DNA from: Hydrolagus colliei
Lineage: Eukaryota
Direction: 5' to 3'
Assembly: GCA_035084275.1 (NCBI GenBank)
Contig: CM068773.1
Coordinates: 2,170,001-2,234,000 of the forward strand
Length of the DNA: 64,000 nucleotides
The notes below the pieces were generated by a model. That model was not told the DNA's origin, ran no database searches, and saw only the letters and a program-made list of their open reading frames with translations. The translations under genes and the position numbers were made by a program. Below, piece after piece: positions 1 through 12,275 of the stretch. The stretch's first letter is position 1. The number at the start of each line of letters is the position of its first letter.

Positions 1-227
1 CAGGGTTAGATTCCAAGCTGGGACAGGGCGAAACATTATGGAAAGTTTATCCCCCCCCCACACATCCTTGTATGTCTCTATTTACCTAGAAGTGAGTGGG
101 AAACCGATTGTTAGTCGATTTGCAGATCGCTTCATGGTGCTAATCTATCGAATTAGTAATAATAATATTATTTTAATCGCGAGTGATCGGAAGTAGGATT
201 GTAGTTTTTTTTTAACTTGGATTTTAG

Positions 228-351
228 ACAAGATGAGTCTGAGGTGAGGATTTCCACTGAGATCTCGGACGGGGAGAAGGAATCACGGAGCCAACGCAAT
301 GAGACGGTCAGAAAGGCCATCGAGAAACTGACAGGGAAACATGTCGATAAG
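228..351 (+). CDS. Possible internal coding exon of an unidentified upstream gene
   Basis: T-rich tract plus AG at 226-227 and GT at 352-353. Only one frame is open (QDESEVRISTEISDGEKESRSQRNETVRKAIEKLTGKHVDK). No family recognised. Confidence 0.25.
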
Positions 352-469
352 GTACTGAGTGTGTGAGAGAGGCTGAGAGTGAGAGTCTATGAGTGCAAGA
401 CAGAGAATGTGAGAGGCTGAGAGTGAGAGGGTGCGAGTGACAGCCTGAGAGTGTGAGAGAGACTGAGCA

Positions 470-1115
470 TGAATGGGTAAGAAGCTGAACGGCATGCTAG
501 CGTTCATTTCAAAAAGTTCAGAGTATAAGAGGAGGGAAGTCTGCAACTGTATAGGGCCCTGGTGAGACCGCACCTAGAGTATAGTGTGTAGGTTTGATCT
601 CTTTATTTAATAAAGGACATACTTGCCTTAGAGGGGGGGGCAGCGTAGATTCATTAGGTTAGTTCCTGGGATGTGGGGACTGAGGATAGGTTGAATAAAC
701 TAGGGCTGTATTCTCTAGAGTACAGAAGAATTAGGGGGGAATCTTATTGAAACATATAAGATTGTTGAAGGGCTGGATAAAGTAGACTGTTTCCCCTGGT
801 AGGAGAATCTATAACCAGGGGTCACAGTCTTAAAATGAAGGGTCAGCCTTTTGGAACAGAATTGAGAAAACATTTTTTCATTCAGAATTTATGGAATTCA
901 CTCCCCCAGAAGGCTGTAGAGTATCAGTCCTTGAACATTTTCAAGGCTGAGACTGAGAGATTTTTTATTTTTTTAAAAGAGGGATTAGGGGATATAAGGA
1001 TAGGGCAGGTAATTAGAATTAGATCAGAAGATCAGCCATGAACTTATCAAATGGCGGAGCAGGCTCGAGGGGCTGAATGGCCTACTCCTGCTCCTAATTC
1101 TTATGTTCTTATGTC
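470..1115 (+). mobile_element. CR1-clade LINE, degenerate 3' fragment
   Basis: Decayed RT C-terminal coding (ALVRPHLEY-like). Ends in GATCAGCCATGA...GAATGGCCTACTCCTGCTCCTAATTCTTATGTTCTTATGT, which resembles the shark HER1/HE1 3' tail as I remember it. Confidence 0.85.
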
Positions 1116-1350
1116 ATGGATGTTGGGTGTGGGGGCGAGGTTATGGAGGCTTTAAATGTGAGGACCAGGATCTTGAATTGGATCCTCTGGATGATGGGGA
1201 GCCAGTGGAGTCGGGCAAGGTTGGGGTTGATGGGATCATGGAGTTTGGAACGGTAGAGGACATCAGCCGCAGAGTTCTGCAGCCTGTGGAGAGAGGAATT
1301 GGGAAGGCCGACCAGCAGCGCGTTTGTATAAAATCTGTCATCCCCAAACT
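1116..1350 (-). mobile_element. L2-clade LINE fragment
   Basis: Reverse complement matches the LQ..QNSA...LHWLP..QRI.FKILVL segment of the longer L2 copies at 52620-54468. Confidence 0.7.
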
Positions 1351-1801
1351 AAACCTGCTTAGACCACTCGCCTTACAAGCGTTGAGGCCTGTGTTTAAAT
1401 CCAAGCAGATGAGGATGAAACCTTGGAGGAGTTTCTTCCTCCACATGCCTGATGACAATCCGTCCCCAAAAAACCCACAAAAATAAAAAAAATTGGTAAT
1501 TTCAATCCACGACTGTTAGTGGGGACGCTGCTGTGCGCAATTGGCTGCCACGTTTTGTCCACAAAGTACACATTCAATTTGCTTTACAGTATAGTCTGTG
1601 AAGCGCTTTGAGACAGCGATACGATGTGAAGAATATATCTAGGATATGTGGAAACCTCTATATCTAATTCAAGGATTATTATAATTTTCTATAATTCACA
1701 TAATTATCATGTTTGTGAGAGAAGGTTTATGAGGGTGTATGAACGCGTAGCTGTGAGAAAAAGGGTGACTGAGAGAGTGAGCGCTGTTCTCTGCTCACAA
1801 G

Positions 1802-2028
1802 GGAAAGCCCAGAGACGATGATGGCTAAGTATGGAACTATGAAATTGAGTTACTCTGGAGAGGAATTTGACGAATTGCTGAGCACAGCCAGTCATAACGT
1901 CAGCAACAATGTGGGGAAGATCATAGAGCAAATCAAGGCCCTGCTCTGAGTTCGGCTTGTCTCAGGTGTGGCCTGTCCACAGCTTGACACGGTGACATGA
2001 AGCCATATTTTAACAAACTTGAAATAAA
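1802..2028 (+). other. Possible terminal exon plus polyA signal of an upstream gene
   Basis: AG at 1800-1801. One frame reads ESPETMMAKYG...VGKIIEQIKALL-stop (TGA 1947-1949). AATAAA at 2023-2028. Phase is not directly compatible with the 228-351 exon in that frame. Confidence 0.2.
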
Positions 2029-2084
2029 AGTAAAAAGTCAGTCACTTAAATGGTGAAACGCTTTGAGATGTCTATCTGCTCCCC

Positions 2085-2485
2085 CGATTATCCCAGACTG
2101 CACTGGCTCCCTGTCCTGGAGAGGATCGATTTCAACATCCTCACGCTTGCTTGTATTTAAACCCCTCTGCTCCTCTTCAACCCCACAAACTCTTTGACCT
2201 CCTCTCCCCTCACAGCGGCACCCATTGCCTTCACTCCACCAGGATCTGGCCTGCTTTTTGTTTCCCCCGAATCCTCCGTTCCACGTCTTCCTTCGGCCCC
2301 AAGGCTCTGGAACTCACTTCCTCACTTTCAGTTCTCGACGAAAGAACTTGCTTTTCGGCCGCACTTTCGCTCGCGTTCTCCCCCAATTCCCCCTGCCTCA
2401 GGCCCGGGATCCATCATTGTGAAGCCCCCTGAGATGCCGTCCGGCGTGGAGGGCACTATATAACTCGAAGTTGTTGTTGTTGTTG
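2085..2485 (+). mobile_element. L2-clade LINE 3' end with (GTT)n tail
   Basis: HWLP..RIDF coding remnant, then GGAGGGCACTATATAA and (GTT)n, the same tail as the other L2 copies. Confidence 0.75.
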
Positions 2486-2745
2486 TGGGGGGTGAATGGC
2501 ACTGTGTAAATGTGAGTGGTGAGGCACATTTCAACATTTCACTCTCTACTAAAGCTTGTGCTTATTGCGTTTCTATAGCAAAGAGTGTGTAGCCTTTATC
2601 ACTTTATCACCCAAGCAGAGCACTGTGTTGCGATGCGTAGATGAGCTCCTGTAGCTCGGCAGGTGAGAGCACTCGTCTTACAAGTGCGGCACCTGTGTTC
2701 GAATCCAGGCAGATCAGGGCAAAATATTGGGCGAGCTTTCGTACT

Positions 2746-2787
<42 letters not shown>

Positions 2788-3059
2788 CTAACAATAATCT
2801 CTCAAAAAAAACAAAATAATAAAATGAAATTGGTCATTTCAATCCATGATTGTTTGAAATAATACTATAAATAACAAAACTACACTACCGATTTTGGAGC
2901 AGTGAGTAACAACAGCTTCAGTCCATCATCTCGATCTATAATCAGCCAATTCACTGAGTGAGAACTGACAGTATATTCAGGATCCTCATACACACTTTCA
3001 AGGCTAACTTGAAGACCCCAACTTGCTGGGGACGTGGATCAGGCCAGAGTCTGCTGAAA

Positions 3060-3330
3060 GCAGGGGGCTGGCGGGTTGGTAAGGTTATGGATGGAGGATG
3101 GGGCGAGGTTGTCGAGGGCTTTAAACATGAGGACCAGGATCGTGACTTTGATCCTCTGGATCATGGGGAGCCAGTGGAGTCGGGCAAGGATGGGGGAGAT
3201 GGGGTCACGGAGTTTGGAATGGTAGAGAACACGGGCCGCAGAGTTCTGGATTATCAGCAGCCTGTGGAGGGAGGAATTGGGAAAGCCGACCAGAAAGGTG
3301 TTTCCATAATCGAGCCGGAATGTAATCCCT
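3060..3330 (-). mobile_element. L2-clade LINE fragment
   Basis: Same L2 ORF2 C-terminal segment as 1116-1350. Confidence 0.7.
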
Positions 3331-3639
3331 TACTCCACACGTAAGCCTTTGTTTGGAGGGAATATTAACACCAGAAAGCAATCCACCGATCGACTTATCT
3401 TCTGATTTACTACTAAATTGATCCTCTCCGGGACAGGGAGCGAGTGAAGTTTGGCAAGGACTGGGGTAATGGGGGACATTGGCACGACACACAGGAGTCC
3501 TTTTCAGACAGGAATCCGGGAAGTACAAGTAACCGATCCAATAGAAAATCACATCAAATATGACCACCATCGGGTCACCCAATGCCATGGCCAGCAGGTA
3601 GAGAGTGATGCATCTGGAGAGGCCACACTCAGTGCTGCT

Positions 3640-3965
3640 GCAGCTCAGTGGTTAGAGCACTCGTCTAACAAGCGAGAGACCTGAGTTCGAATCCAGGCAG
3701 GTCAGGGCAAAAACTTTGGGCAAGTTTCCTTACTCCACACACACGCGTGCACACACACATGCCCTCCAAAAACGAAAGACACAACAATAAAAATTGGTCA
3801 TTTTCAATCCACGACTGTTTAGGGGGGGAGACGCTGCTGTGCGCAATTGGCTGCTGCGTTTCGCCCACAAAAAAAAGGTCAGTTCACTTTACAGTATATT
3901 CTGAGAAGCGCTTTGAGACACAGTCTAGAAGATGTGAAAAACGCGATGTGAAATTCAAGGATAAT
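3640..3965 (+). mobile_element. tRNA-derived SINE, near full length (family has dozens of fragments in the window)
   Basis: A-box-like CAGCTCAGTGG, B box GTTCGAATCC, (CA)n linker, conserved core GACGCTGCTGTGCGCAATTGGCTGC, and L2-like tail GAAGCGCTTTGAGAC...GTGAAAA. Confidence 0.8.
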
Positions 3966-4184
3966 TACATTTTTATTCATTTCAAACGAATGAGACCCAA
4001 CGCTTACAGCAGCAACAACTTTGATTTATATCGTGCCCTGCAAGCCGGGAGATTACGCAATCATCTTGATGGTCAGCCTTCCCATTTCCTCCCTCTATAA
4101 ACTGACAGACAGAGACAGATTAGCTCAGGTCTGAAGCACTAACTGTCCAGTGCCTTGGGACATCCTCCTGACGTGAAAAGCATG

Positions 4185-5100
4185 TGTGTGTGAGCCTGGC
4201 TCAGTTGCTGTGTGCGTGTGTGAGTGTGTGTGTATCAGTGTGTATATGTGTTTGTGAGTGTGTGTGTTACTGTGTGTATATGTGTATGTGTGTGTAAGTG
4301 TGTGTGTTAGTGTGTGTGGTTGTTTGTGTTGGTGTGTGTGTGAGTGTGTGTGTGGGTTTGTGTGTGTGTCTATTTGTTGCTCGGAGAGGCTGAAGAACAT
4401 TGTAGAAGCCATTTGTCCATCATCACCTTGACAGAGAACAAAACCAGCATCTCTACCTCTCTATTGCCAGGTCTCTTTATCTCTCTCTCTCCATCTCTCT
4501 CTATCTCTCGCTCTCTCTCTGTCGCTTTGTTTCTCACCATCTCTCTGTCTCTCTGTAGCTCTCTGTTTCTCTCTATCTATCTGCCTCTCTCCATCTCTCT
4601 GTAGCTCTCTGTCTCTCTCTATCTCCCTGTCTCTCGCCATAATCTTTCTGTCTCTGTCCATCTCTTTGTGTCTCTCCAACGCTCTAACTCCCTATCTCCC
4701 TGTCTCTATCTCCCTGTCCCTCTCCCAATCTCACGCCATCTCTCTGCCTCTCTCCATCTGTNNNNNNNNNNNNNNNNNNNNNNNNNNNNNNNNNNNNNNN
4801 NNNNNNNNNNNNNNNNNNNNNNNNNNNNNNNNNNNNNNNNNNNNNNNNNNNNNNNNNNNNNNNNNNNNNNNNNNNNNNNNNNNNNNNNNNNNNNNNNNNN
4901 NNNNNNNNNNNNNNNCTCTGGTGGGCAATCTGTGTCTCTCCATCTCGCTGTCTCGCTATCTCTCTCTATCTCTTATTTCTCACTGTCTCCCTGTCTCTCT
5001 CCATTTCCCCTGTCTCTCTCTGTCTCTCTCGATCTCTCCTCTCTCTCCCCGCTTTTCCTCCCTGAATTTACCCCCCCTTTCCCTCCCTCTCCCTCCTTAT
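4185..5100. repeat. (TG)n and (CT)n low-complexity tracts flanking the assembly gap
   Basis: Direct inspection. Confidence 0.9.
4762..4915. other. Assembly gap (154 N)
   Basis: Run of N. Confidence 1.
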
Positions 5101-5307
5101 CCTCTTTTCCCCCTTTCTCCCCTGGACCCACTTCCACGACTGTTTGTGGGACACTGCTGTGCGCACTTTGGCTGCCGCGTTATATAGTCACTTTTCCTAC
5201 TTTCCTTCCCCTAACCACAACCTCTCCCACCTGCACTAGTCCCTACCTCTTCCGCCCACTTTCTTCCCTCTTGTCTTCTCCCTCCCGCCCGCTCTGATCC
5301 CAACCTA

Positions 5308-5926
5308 TCTCCTCAGGAGGTAAATATCTTTCACCATCTCTCTCCCCCCCCACACCTCCCCAGCCGTCTCTCTCCCCCTCCTCCCCCACCCAGCCGTCTC
5401 TCTCCCCCTCCCCACCCCCAGCCATCTCTCTCCCCCTCCCCCCCACCATACATCTCTCACCCCCTCCACCCCACCAGCCGTCTCTCTCCCCCTCCCCACC
5501 CCCAGCCATCTCTCTCCCCCTCCCCCCCACCATACATCTCTCACCCCCTCCACCCCACCAGCCGTCTCTCTCCCCCTCCTCCCCCACCCAGCCATCTCTC
5601 TCCCCCTCCCCCCCACCCAGCCGTCTCTCTCCCCCTCCCCACCACCCAGCCGTCTCTCTCTCCCCCTCCACCACCCCAGCCATCTCTCCCCCCACCCATT
5701 GCATACCTGTATATTGTATTCTAGGACTATGAATACAATATGGTGGCTTTGCACCTCGGTCTGTGCATTGTGTATACGGATGAGCATTCTGGGTCGTGTA
5801 GTTCAGCGTGCGCTCATTCTGATTTTTTCCCACGATATATCGATATTTTTCAAATGCCTATATCGGCGTATCGATATGAAAATTATATCGGGTTTTAGCG
5901 ATATATTGATATATTGCCGGGCCCTA
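5308..5926 (-). mobile_element. Non-autonomous hAT element, truncated copy of the 22040-23093 family
   Basis: One terminus (reverse complement TAGGGCCCGGCAATAT) ends at 5926. ATATCGAT-rich subterminal repeats and G-rich internal repeats match 22040-23093. The other end is missing beyond GATATTTACCTCCTGAG. Confidence 0.8.
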
Positions 5927-6039
5927 GTGGAACGTAAGGATTATTAATATATAAACTATTAATTATTATTCATCATTACACTATGTCACAGTCCTATCTC
6001 CCTCAAACACTCTCTCCCCCACTCCTCTCTCCATCTGCC

Positions 6040-7644
6040 CTACTCTCCCTTCACTTTCCTCACCTTCCTCGCTCGCCAGCGACGCAGGACTAGGCCGCAG
6101 CCTGCTAGGAGCAGGCCAGAGCCAGGGCAGCGGTTAGGAGGAAACAGGCCACGTCGAGGCTGTGGCCGCGGCCACGGGCCTCAGGTGAGGCGCCCCCTTG
6201 TGCCGGATCACGTATTCCACCCAGAAGACGGCCCGGTCCAGGGCGGGCTGGGGCTGGTCACGGTGCAGGCCCGACAGGCGCCTCATGTTGTCGGCGTAGG
6301 CCTGGTCGCCTAGCAACCGGTCCAGCGAGCGCCCGAACTCGCCGGGCGCCATCCCGGCCACGTCCAGGACCAGGGCCCCGCCCCGGGCCTCCAGCCGCAG
6401 GAGGTTGTCGAACTGGTCGAATATGAGGGGTACGCCGATGACGGGGACCCCGTGATCAATGGCCTCGTACACGCCATTGGTGCCCCCGTGAGACACGAAG
6501 GCCCTGGTCTTGGGGTGGCCGAGCAGGTCGTTCTGTGGTAGCCACGGCAACAGGAGGGTGTTGGGGCCTAGTCGGGCAGGCCGAGGCCCGGTGTGTCTCC
6601 ACACCACCCGCTGGGGGAGGCGGACGAAGGCTCCCGCCATCTCCTCAGTCACCCTGGAGGGCAGGGATCCCAACAGGGTCCCCAGTGACATCACCACCAC
6701 CCCGTGGGACCCGGAAACGTCCACAAATCTCTCCAGGTCCTCGGGCAAGGCCCCGGCCGGTTTGCACTGGAAGCCGCCCACGTGCACCATGTTGGGCATC
6801 GAGGGCCGGGGGAACTCGACCACAAATCCACCCTCATCAGCCACAGGCCGGCCGAGCGCAAGAGCGAGTCCACGTCACATCCGGGGCCTAGGTAACGCTG
6901 GCACAGACTGTTCAGCTTGGACGTGTAGTCAAAGTATGTGCCCAGGTGCACAAAGTGGTAGAGGATGTTCTGGAGGCGTTGGAGGAAGGACATGCGGTCG
7001 GTGAGGCCCGAGCCGAAGATGGGAATGTAGGAGAGAGGCGAGGGGGCCATGTCCATGTGGTCTTCGCCGTTGAACGTCCACCGGACGTTGTCGACCAGCG
7101 GGAGTTTGAGGTGAGATGCCAACAACAACCCCAGGGGCAGTACTGGGTCAGTCAGCACCAGGTCGAAGCTGGACTGCTCCAGCAGGCCCAACAGAGTCTG
7201 GTTCTCGAAACCCAGAGTGACCAGGTCTAGTGTGTGGGCCCATATGGCTTTCATGAACTCCGAGATGGCCTCGTTCATCTCCAAACTGGCCGATAGGGAG
7301 CGACCTCGCTCACGGATTGCCAGAGTCTTCTTCAGGTGCTTGTCCATGAAGTCCTAGCTATCAAATGTCTGGTTGAGGTTGCTGGAGTCCACGGTCAGCG
7401 AGCGGTACAGAGGGGAGTCCTCCAAGATGTACCAGGAGCTCGAGGGCCTCAGGACAGTGAAACGGTGGCCCCTGAGGCTCAGGGCCTCCAACAGAATCTT
7501 CATGTTGAACCAGTGGCTCCCGTCCACAGGCACCACCAAGCTGTGAGCGGCCTGCGATCCAGGAGGGGGCGCCAGAGAGCCCAGCAACAACAACAACAAC
7601 ACTCTCCCACAAGCCCTGGGAAACGCGAACTCCATCACAGCCAT
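6040..7644 (-). pseudogene. UGT5-type UDP-glucuronosyltransferase, copy 1, pseudogene
   Basis: Collinear with the intact copies but carries a nonsense TAG at 7354-7356 (CAG in others), a 1-bp deletion at ~6826, a 25-bp deletion at ~6165 and a 4-bp deletion at ~6115. Confidence 0.92.
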
Positions 7645-9217
7645 CGCTAGTCACTGGGTTGTGGTGGGGGAGGGGGGGGGGAGGTGGGGGTTGGATGGGG
7701 GAGAGTTTGCAGTCAGTTGGGTCTCGTTGTTATTGTGTCCAGTACGAGGGCAAAAGAAACAGTCACTACACTACCCTGTAACCCAGTGGTTAGAACCCTG
7801 GCCTCACCAGCGAGGCACAGTCCTGTAGCTCAGTGGTTAGAGCCATGGTCGTGCAAGTGAGAGGACCTGGGTTCAATTCCTGGGCTGGACAGGGTGAAAC
7901 CTTAGGCAAGACACTCACGCACATACACACACACCCACACACAGACGCATGCACACACTGACAGAAACACACACACACCCAGTCACTATATTTTACAGTG
8001 TGTCCCTGTGAAGCGCTTTGAGACGTTTCTCTGTCTCTCTCATTCTCTCTCTCCCACAAAACGCACAGTCACTACACTTTATAGTATATCCCTGTAAAGT
8101 GCTTCGACGTCTCGCTAACGAGATAATGCGCTGGGTCAAATCTTAGCTTTAATTGTGATAATTAATTTACCTTAAGGAGAGAGCTCCACTTGCATTCTTT
8201 CTCAGTCTTTCTCAGTCTCAAAGTCTCTCTCGTTGGCTCTCTGATTTCTCAATCTCTTTCCCTTTCTCAGTTCATCACAAAACCCACCTCTCACTCTCTC
8301 CCTCAATCTCTCAGTCTCTCTCCCTCACTCTCTCCCTCTCAATCTCACTCGCTCTCTCTCTCCCCACTCACTCTCTCAGTCTCTCCTTCTTCTCAGTCTC
8401 TCCATCACGCTCTCAGTCTTCCGTTCTCTCAGTCTATCTCGTTCTGTCTCTCTCGGTCCGTCTTAAAGTCTATCTCCCTCTCTCCCTCCCTCCCACCCTT
8501 CCTCACTCACTCACCCTCTATCTCTCTCTCCCTCTCAACGTCCCTCTGTCACCCACTCTCCCTCCGTTCTCTCAGTCTCTCCCTGTCTCTCTCTCTCTCT
8601 CAGTCCTTCTAAAATCTCTCTACCTCCCCCGTTTTTTTTCTCTCCTTCTCTAATATCATTTCCTCCAGATCTAACTTTGGCCCAAACAAGATTTGAAACC
8701 TGATTATCGCTTCCTTGACAGAGAGCAATCAGGTCAAAGTCTCTAAACTCACCTTTGAGATCGCGCATTATCACATATTCTACATAGTGTCACAAAGCAC
8801 TTCACAGAACAGACTCAAAAGTCAATAGACTATATGTTCATGGGCGAAACGCGGCAGCCATTGCGCACATCAGCGTCCCCACAAACAGTCGATTTGTTTT
8901 TTGAGCGATTATGATTAGGCTCATAGGTGTGTGTGTGTATGTCTCTGTTTGTGTCTGTGTGTGTGTGTGAATCACAAGTTCTATCGCTTGTAAGGCAAGG
9001 GCTCTAACCACTGAGCTACAGAGTGAAACCTGTGTTCGAATCCAGGCCAGACAGTGCGAAACCTTGTGTGAGGGAGGATGGAGAGATTGTGCGAGGGAGG
9101 GAGGGAGGGAGGGAGGGAGGGAGGGAGGGAGGGAGGGAGGGAGGGAGAGGCTTTGAACTGTATCCTCTAAGCGCTCTGAGACGCCGTCCGGCATGGAGGG
9201 CACTATATACATCAAAG

Positions 9218-9251
<34 letters not shown>

Positions 9252-9289
9252 AAGTGATGGGGAGCCAGGTGAGGATGGGGTGATAGAAG

Positions 9290-9495
9290 AGAGATGGGAA
9301 TAGAGTTGGGGTTAGTTAGGGAGAGTCAGCCAATGAGGGATAGAGTTAGGGAAGCTCACTCTATGGAGATAGAGTTAGGGAGCGTCACTCAATAAGGATA
9401 GAGTTAGGGAGCGTGAATCAATGGGGGATACAGTTAGGGAGATTCACTCAATGGAAAGAGGTGGGGAACTCAATGTGAGAGTTAGGGCACGTCAC
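9290..9495. repeat. Degenerate ~29-bp minisatellite (GATAGAGTTAGGGAGCGTCACTCAATGGG-like), present in most UGT repeat units
   Basis: Also at ~13610-13790, 17875-18080 and 23095-23300, and in reverse at ~28310-28410, 30590-30840 and 33630-33880. Confidence 0.8.
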
Positions 9496-10356
9496 GAAAT
9501 CAATCAATCAAAAAACGAAATGGGCGAGTGTTAGGGAGAGTCATTCAATGAGGATAGTGTTTCAGCAGCTTTGGGGGTGAGGTAGTGGTGGAGTTGGGAA
9601 ATGTTGTGGAGGTGGGGAAAGGAGTGAGACCTGCGTTCGAATCCAGTCAGGTCAGGGGGAAACCATGGGCAAGTTTCCTTACTCCACACGCGCACACACA
9701 CACACGCACACACACACACACACACATGCCTAATAGTAATCCCTCCCAAAAAGAAAAACACAATAATAAAAATTGGTTATTTTCAACCCACGACTGTTTG
9801 TGGGGACGCTGCTGTGTGCAATTGGCTGCCACATTTCGCCCACAAAGATACAGTCATTTGACTTTCCAATACATTCCGTGAACCGTTTTGAGATGTCAGT
9901 AACATGTGAAAAGCACTACATCAAATGCAAGAATTATTAATATTATTATTATTACAGCAACAAATACAGGTACTGTTGTTTAGAGAAGGTTCTTTAGCTG
10001 AGACCTGAAACTGGGAAGAGAGGGGGAGAGCAGAAGGGAGTGTGTATGAATGTGTAGGATTTGCCCAAAGAACAAAACTTTCACAATAGATTTTCCAACG
10101 AGATAAGTTGCAAATGACATTCTACTTGTTTCCCACATTCCAAACAACATTTTGGACTTTGAATCATTAACCATTTATTGTGATATTAGAGATCTTTATT
10201 AGTGAGGATTTTAGAACATCCGATCACACAGAGAAACTGACTCACTTTCCCCTCTTCTCTACCCATAATTTATTATTAATTATTACTCGTTATTACACGA
10301 TACCACAGCCCTCTGTCCCTCATACACTCTCTCCCCCTCTCCTCTCCCCACCTGCC

Positions 10357-11991
10357 CTACTCGCGTTTCGCTTTCCTTGCCTTCCTCGCTTGCCAGCGAC
10401 GCAGGATTAGGCCGCAGCCTGCTAGGAGCAGGCAGACCGGAGCCAGGGCAGCGGTTAGGATGAAACAGGCCACGTCGAGGCAGTGGTAGGCGGCCCAGCC
10501 AAGATTATTGGCGGCGGCCGCGGGCCTCAGGTGAGGCGTCCCCTTGTGCCGGATCACGTATTCCACCCAGAACACGGCCCGGTCCATGGCGGGCTGGGGC
10601 TGATCACGGTGCAGGCCCGACAGGCGCCTCATGTTGTCGGCGTAGGCCTGGTCGCTTAGCAACTGGTCCAGCGAGCGCCCGAACTCGCCGGGCCCCATCC
10701 CGGCCACGTCCAGGACCAGGGCCCCGCCCCGGGCCTCCAGCCGTAGGAGGTTGTCGAACTGGTCGAATATGAGGGGGACGCCGAGGACGGGGATTCCGTG
10801 ATCAATGGCCTCGTACACGCCATTGGTGCCCCCGTGAGACACGAAGGCCCTGGTCTTGGGGTGGCCAAGAAGGTCGTTCAGTGGTAGCCACGGCAACAGG
10901 AGGGTGTTGGGGCCTAGCCGGGCAGGCCGAGGTCCGATGTGTCTCCACACCACCCGCTGGGGGAGGCGGGCGAAGGCTCCCGCCATGTCCTCGGTCACCC
11001 TGGAGGGCAGGGACCCCAGCAGGGTCCCCAGCGACATCACCACCACCCCGTGGGAGCCGGAACCGGCCACAAATCTCTCCAGGTCTTTCGACAAGACCCC
11101 GGCCGGTTTGCACTGGAAGCCGCCCACGTACACCATGTTGGGCATCGAGGGCCGGGGGAACTCGAACACAAAGTCCACCCTCATCAGCCACAGGTCGGCC
11201 GAGCACAAGACAGAGTCCAAGTCACATCTGGGGCCTAGGTAACGCTGGCACAGACTGTTCAGCTTGGACGTGTAGCTGTAGTAGATGACAAGGTACCCGA
11301 GGTGGTAGAGCATGTTCTGGAGGCGTTGGAGAAAGGTCATGCAGTCTGTGAAGCCCGAGCCTGTGCTGGGAATGTAGGAGAGAGGCGAGGGGGCCATATC
11401 CATTTGGCCATCCCCGTTGTACGTCCACCGGACATTGTACACCACCGGGAGCTTGCGGTGAGATGCCAACAACACCCCCAGGGGCAGGCCTGGGTCGGTC
11501 AGCATCAGATCGAAGCTGGACTGCTCCAGCAGGCCCAAAAGAGTCTGGTTCTCGAAAACCAGAGTGACCAGGTCTAGTGCGTGGGCCTTTATGGATTTTA
11601 CGACGTACGAGATGGCCTGGTACATCTCCAAATAAGCAGACAGGGAGCGACCTCGCTCACGGATTGCCAGAGGCTTCTTGAGGTGCTCGTCCATAAAGTC
11701 CTGGCTGTCACAGGTCTGGCTGAGGTTGCTGGAGTCCACAGTCAGCGAGCGGTACAGAGGGGAGTCCTCCAAGATGTACCAGGAGCTCGAGGGCCTCAGG
11801 ACAGTGAAACGGTGGCCCCTGAGGCTCAGGGCCTCCAACAGAATCTTCATGTTGACCCAGTGGCTCCCGTCCACAGGCACCACCAAGATGTGAGCAGCCT
11901 GTGATCCAGGAGGGGGCGCCAGAGAGCCCAGCAACAACAACAACAACACTCTCCCACAAGCCCTGGGAAACTCGAACTCCATCACAGCCAT
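10357..11991 (-). CDS. ugt5: UGT5-type UDP-glucuronosyltransferase, copy 2 (544 aa, single coding exon)
   Basis: Signal peptide, catalytic His in PVDGSHW, TDP acid, UGT signature WLP.NDLLGHPKT.AFVSHGGTNG...P...DQ, TM helix and C-terminal KAKRE (KxKxx). The intronless CDS and the VLRPSSSWYI motif fit the Ugt5 family. Confidence 0.92.
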   Translation of the reverse strand: MAVMEFEFPRACGRVLLLLLLGSLAPPPGSQAAHILVVPVDGSHWVNMKILLEALSLRGHRFTVLRPSSSWYILEDSPLYRSLTVDSSNLSQTCDSQDFMDEHLKKPLAIRERGRSLSAYLEMYQAISYVVKSIKAHALDLVTLVFENQTLLGLLEQSSFDLMLTDPGLPLGVLLASHRKLPVVYNVRWTYNGDGQMDMAPSPLSYIPSTGSGFTDCMTFLQRLQNMLYHLGYLVIYYSYTSKLNSLCQRYLGPRCDLDSVLCSADLWLMRVDFVFEFPRPSMPNMVYVGGFQCKPAGVLSKDLERFVAGSGSHGVVVMSLGTLLGSLPSRVTEDMAGAFARLPQRVVWRHIGPRPARLGPNTLLLPWLPLNDLLGHPKTRAFVSHGGTNGVYEAIDHGIPVLGVPLIFDQFDNLLRLEARGGALVLDVAGMGPGEFGRSLDQLLSDQAYADNMRRLSGLHRDQPQPAMDRAVFWVEYVIRHKGTPHLRPAAAANNLGWAAYHCLDVACFILTAALAPVCLLLAGCGLILRRWQARKARKAKRE

Positions 11992-12134
11992 CGCTAGTCA
12001 CTGGGTTGTGGTGGGGGAGGGGGGGGTGGGGAGGTGGATGAGGGAGAGGAGGCAGAGAAATGAGTTTGCAGTCAGTTGGGTCTCGTTGTTATTGTGTCCA
12101 CAGTACGAGGTCAAATGAAACAGTCACTACACTA

Positions 12135-12275
12135 CCCTGTAACCCAGTGGTTAGAACACTGGCCTCACCAGTGAGCCACAGTCCTGTAGCTCAGTGGTTA
12201 GAGCCCTGGTCGTGCAAGTGAGAGGACCTGGGTTCAATTCCTAGGCAGAACAGGGCGAAACGTTAGGCAAGTCAC
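12135..12275 (+). mobile_element. tRNA-SINE head (duplicated A-box module plus B box) 150-280 bp upstream of, and antisense to, each UGT CDS
   Basis: CTGTAACCCAGTGGTTAGAAC...CTGTAGCTCAGTGGTTAGAGC...GGTTCAATTCC. Equivalent segments lie upstream of the other copies. Confidence 0.7.

Noticed and set aside
4052-4061. Perfect C/EBP-type site ATTACGCAAT with a TATA-like element ~35 bp downstream
   Set aside because: Isolated short motif with no associated gene start; not distinguishable from chance.
4125-5833. Low-complexity ORFs (HT-, SL-, GGRE-rich) here and at 8190-8612, 21158-22994, 34395-34924, 37197-37980 and 42775-43477
   Set aside because: Translations of (CA)n, (CT)n, (GGAT)n and G-rich hAT internal repeats; no coding signal.
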